Assembly (NCBI GenBank): GCA_000270325.1
Contig: BA000048.1
Span: 320,080-344,079 of the forward strand
DNA length: 24,000 nt
Direction of reading: 5' to 3'
DNA from: Candidatus Caldarchaeum subterraneum
Lineage (GTDB): Archaea > Thermoproteota > Nitrososphaeria_A > Caldarchaeales > Caldarchaeaceae
Shown piece by piece: positions 22,294 to 24,000 of this stretch; within the stretch, counting starts at the first letter, position 1; every line of letters starts with the position of its first letter. The translations under genes and the position numbers were made by a program. Below the pieces are notes generated by a model, which was not told where the DNA came from, did not search any database, and saw nothing but the letters and a program-made list of their open reading frames with translations.

Positions 22294-23803
22294 AGCACTG
22301 TATCTATTTGTGATTGCATTTCTGGCTGTCCCGTCTCAAGGACAGAGCATCGAGCCATATTGGCTAGTCGGGTTTGACGGCGACATCATGCTCCCGTTTC
22401 TCGATAGAGGTGTGCTCGAATGCGGTGTGGGTGAAAGTCTCGCGGTGAAACTTGTTGGCCGAGACGGATTCGTCGCTCTCGTTTCGCCTAATGGCCTAAG
22501 TGAAAATGTTTTTTTACGCGATGGGGAGAGAACGGTTCTCAGGAGGTTTGGGCCCGGTGACGCGGGAAACTGGACGCTTGTGGCCGACACCGGTCAGACA
22601 CTCACTCTACAGGTCAGGCCACCGTTAGCGAAGCCGCCTGTGCAGGTTTTGGCTAGGTTTGAGGGACCCTTTGTTGTCTTGACGGTGTCAACATCTCCAA
22701 ACACTTATGCGCTTTTCTTAGATGGACGTGGGGAGGGAGAAGTTGTCGCTGCAGGCTCTTCGATAGAGCTTGGTTTGAAGGGATTCAACGATACGAGGGT
22801 GAGAGTGGAGATAATAAGGAGGGAGCCGACAATAAGATACGGCGGGCTGCTCGACGGCTTGCCCTACACCATGCAGCTGGACCCCTTATCTGTCAACACA
22901 ATTGTAGAGGGCAGGAGGATAAATGACTCGACGGTGTTCAGCGTGAGATTACCTGCCGATGGTGAGCAGGTTTCAGGCTTGAGGAAGATGGGTTTAGGGC
23001 CTCATCTCATCCGTCTCTACTCGGTCTCAGACAAACGGATTCTCTTGGAGAGGGAGGTTGTGGTTGTGCCAGAATCGATGAAAAGCTTCACGGGGTTGAG
23101 TCGTGCTGTCCGTGCGGATGTGTGGGCCGCGGCCGCCAAAAACTTCACAATCCTTGTCGGGGACGAGGCTGGCAACCTCTGGATTCTCCAAATCAGGCCG
23201 CCGATAGCCTTCATCCGCTTGTATGACCAAATTCATTCGAGATACGTGAAAGGTGTGGGTGTGGCTTTAGCCGATGGACAGGCCCAGAATTTAGATGAAT
23301 GGACAGGGATAATCTTCGTCAACAGGATTGAGATAAATAACTATGGGAACAACAGCAGCTACAGCCCGTCTACAGAAACAAATGTGTCGCTTAACTTCAA
23401 CGCAACATCGCTGACACTGCCCCTTACGGTGACGGCGGGAGACAGGGTGACTCTAAACCTCCAGCTCCATCAAGCCCATATCACACTTATCTGGCCCAAC
23501 GGCACTACATACAAGGGCCCCGCCACTTTGACAATCAACTCGGCGAAATTTACAAACGCAACAGCGCTGCTTCTTCCCGTCGACAAATATGTTGTAAGAG
23601 CAGATAACCCGCCAAGCTTCTCCAGCAACGTTTACACCTTGACAGCCGACACTACCTGGACAATAATCATATTGGATAACCCTGCTGGTGTCGCGGGCTT
23701 TAGGGCGTCCGCCGTTCTTCTCACAGCCCTCCTAGTATACACCGTTTTTAGACTGCGTAAGACCTTTTATCGAGCGGACCTGTTTAGACGTGAGCAAAGA
23801 TGA
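22286..23803 (+). CDS. Hypothetical type-I surface glycoprotein: signal peptide, ~440-aa ectodomain, C-terminal TM anchor (cluster gene G)
   Basis: 505 aa. Signal peptide MNRALYLFVIAFLAVPSQG and C-terminal TM AVLLTALLVYTVF followed by the basic tail RLRKTFYRADLFRREQR. There are ten N-x-S/T sequons and an internal repeat N[WF]T..V.D..G..L.LQ[VI]RPP[LI]A at aa 95-115 and 286-308. Only one Cys. Overlaps gene F by 8 nt. No family recognised. Confidence 0.7.
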   Translation: MNRALYLFVIAFLAVPSQGQSIEPYWLVGFDGDIMLPFLDRGVLECGVGESLAVKLVGRDGFVALVSPNGLSENVFLRDGERTVLRRFGPGDAGNWTLVADTGQTLTLQVRPPLAKPPVQVLARFEGPFVVLTVSTSPNTYALFLDGRGEGEVVAAGSSIELGLKGFNDTRVRVEIIRREPTIRYGGLLDGLPYTMQLDPLSVNTIVEGRRINDSTVFSVRLPADGEQVSGLRKMGLGPHLIRLYSVSDKRILLEREVVVVPESMKSFTGLSRAVRADVWAAAAKNFTILVGDEAGNLWILQIRPPIAFIRLYDQIHSRYVKGVGVALADGQAQNLDEWTGIIFVNRIEINNYGNNSSYSPSTETNVSLNFNATSLTLPLTVTAGDRVTLNLQLHQAHITLIWPNGTTYKGPATLTINSAKFTNATALLLPVDKYVVRADNPPSFSSNVYTLTADTTWTIIILDNPAGVAGFRASAVLLTALLVYTVFRLRKTFYRADLFRREQR

Positions 23804-24000
23804 GAACCACGGTCTCGGTCATCAAGGCTGATGTCGGAAGCATCGCTGGACATCATAAGCCTCACCCCAAGATGATGGAGCTCGCGTCTGGGAAACTAGC
23901 TGAAGCCGAGAACACAGGTCTCATAAAATCTGGATACGCCACACACTGCGGGGACGACATTATCCTAGTGATGAGCCACGGCAAAGGTGAAGACAATCCC
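23800..24000 (+). CDS. fbp: Fructose-1,6-bisphosphate aldolase/phosphatase (class V FBPase), N-terminal 67 codons; continues past the right edge
   Basis: Not in the ORF track because there is no stop in the window. My translation is MRTTVSVIKADVGSIAGHHKPHPKMMELASGKLAEAENTGLIKSGYATHCGDDIILVMSHGKGEDNP. It matches the conserved N-terminus of archaeal FBP aldolase/phosphatase (ISVIKADxGSxxGH...THxGDDxxLxMxH). The ATG at 23800 overlaps the gene G stop (ATGA). Confidence 0.9.
   Translation, partial: MRTTVSVIKADVGSIAGHHKPHPKMMELASGKLAEAENTGLIKSGYATHCGDDIILVMSHGKGEDNP

Noticed and set aside
1-24000. CRISPR arrays, IS elements, rRNA genes, tandem repeats
   Set aside because: Reading through the window revealed no regularly spaced direct repeats, no terminal inverted repeats flanking a transposase-like ORF and no rRNA-like sequence. 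The only repeat-like signals kept are the 10-bp inverted repeat at 9206-9280 and the protein-level motif duplication in gene G.

Overview
Gene-dense archaeal chromosomal segment, most consistent with a thermophilic member of the Thermoproteota (Crenarchaeota). Supporting features: archaeal/eukaryote-type two-subunit PheRS, DGGGP synthase, tRNA-splicing endonuclease, class V FBP aldolase/phosphatase and a GC-clamped tRNA-Leu(CAG). TATA-like boxes lie about 22-34 nt upstream of first-gene starts (near-leaderless mRNAs), while GGAGG/GAGGT sites appear mainly before internal operon genes. Positions 1-17832 are mostly housekeeping or central metabolism: PMT-like glycosyltransferase, amino-acid dehydrogenase, M24 peptidase, DUF92 membrane protein, HisRS, HtrA protease, FAH-family hydrolase, methylmalonate-semialdehyde-type ALDH, PheRS beta/alpha, DUF996-like membrane protein, tRNA-Leu, tandem-SIS isomerase, LLM/F420-type oxidoreductase, cyclase, UbiA prenyltransferase and EndA. 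Positions 17886-23803 hold the most interesting content: a seven-gene, translationally coupled MoxR AAA+ / DUF58 cluster. Every non-ATPase partner in it is membrane-anchored or secreted, four belong to no family I can recognise, and the last gene is ATGA-coupled to fbp. Three other points stand out. hisS is split by an apparent 1-nt frameshift near a homopolymer. A 78-nt H/ACA-like hairpin (10-bp GC stem, K-turn-like motif, ACA) sits 12 nt downstream of pheT. The EndA homologue appears to lack two of three catalytic residues. I saw no CRISPR array, IS element, integrase or rRNA. All family calls come from motif recognition by eye, with no database search.
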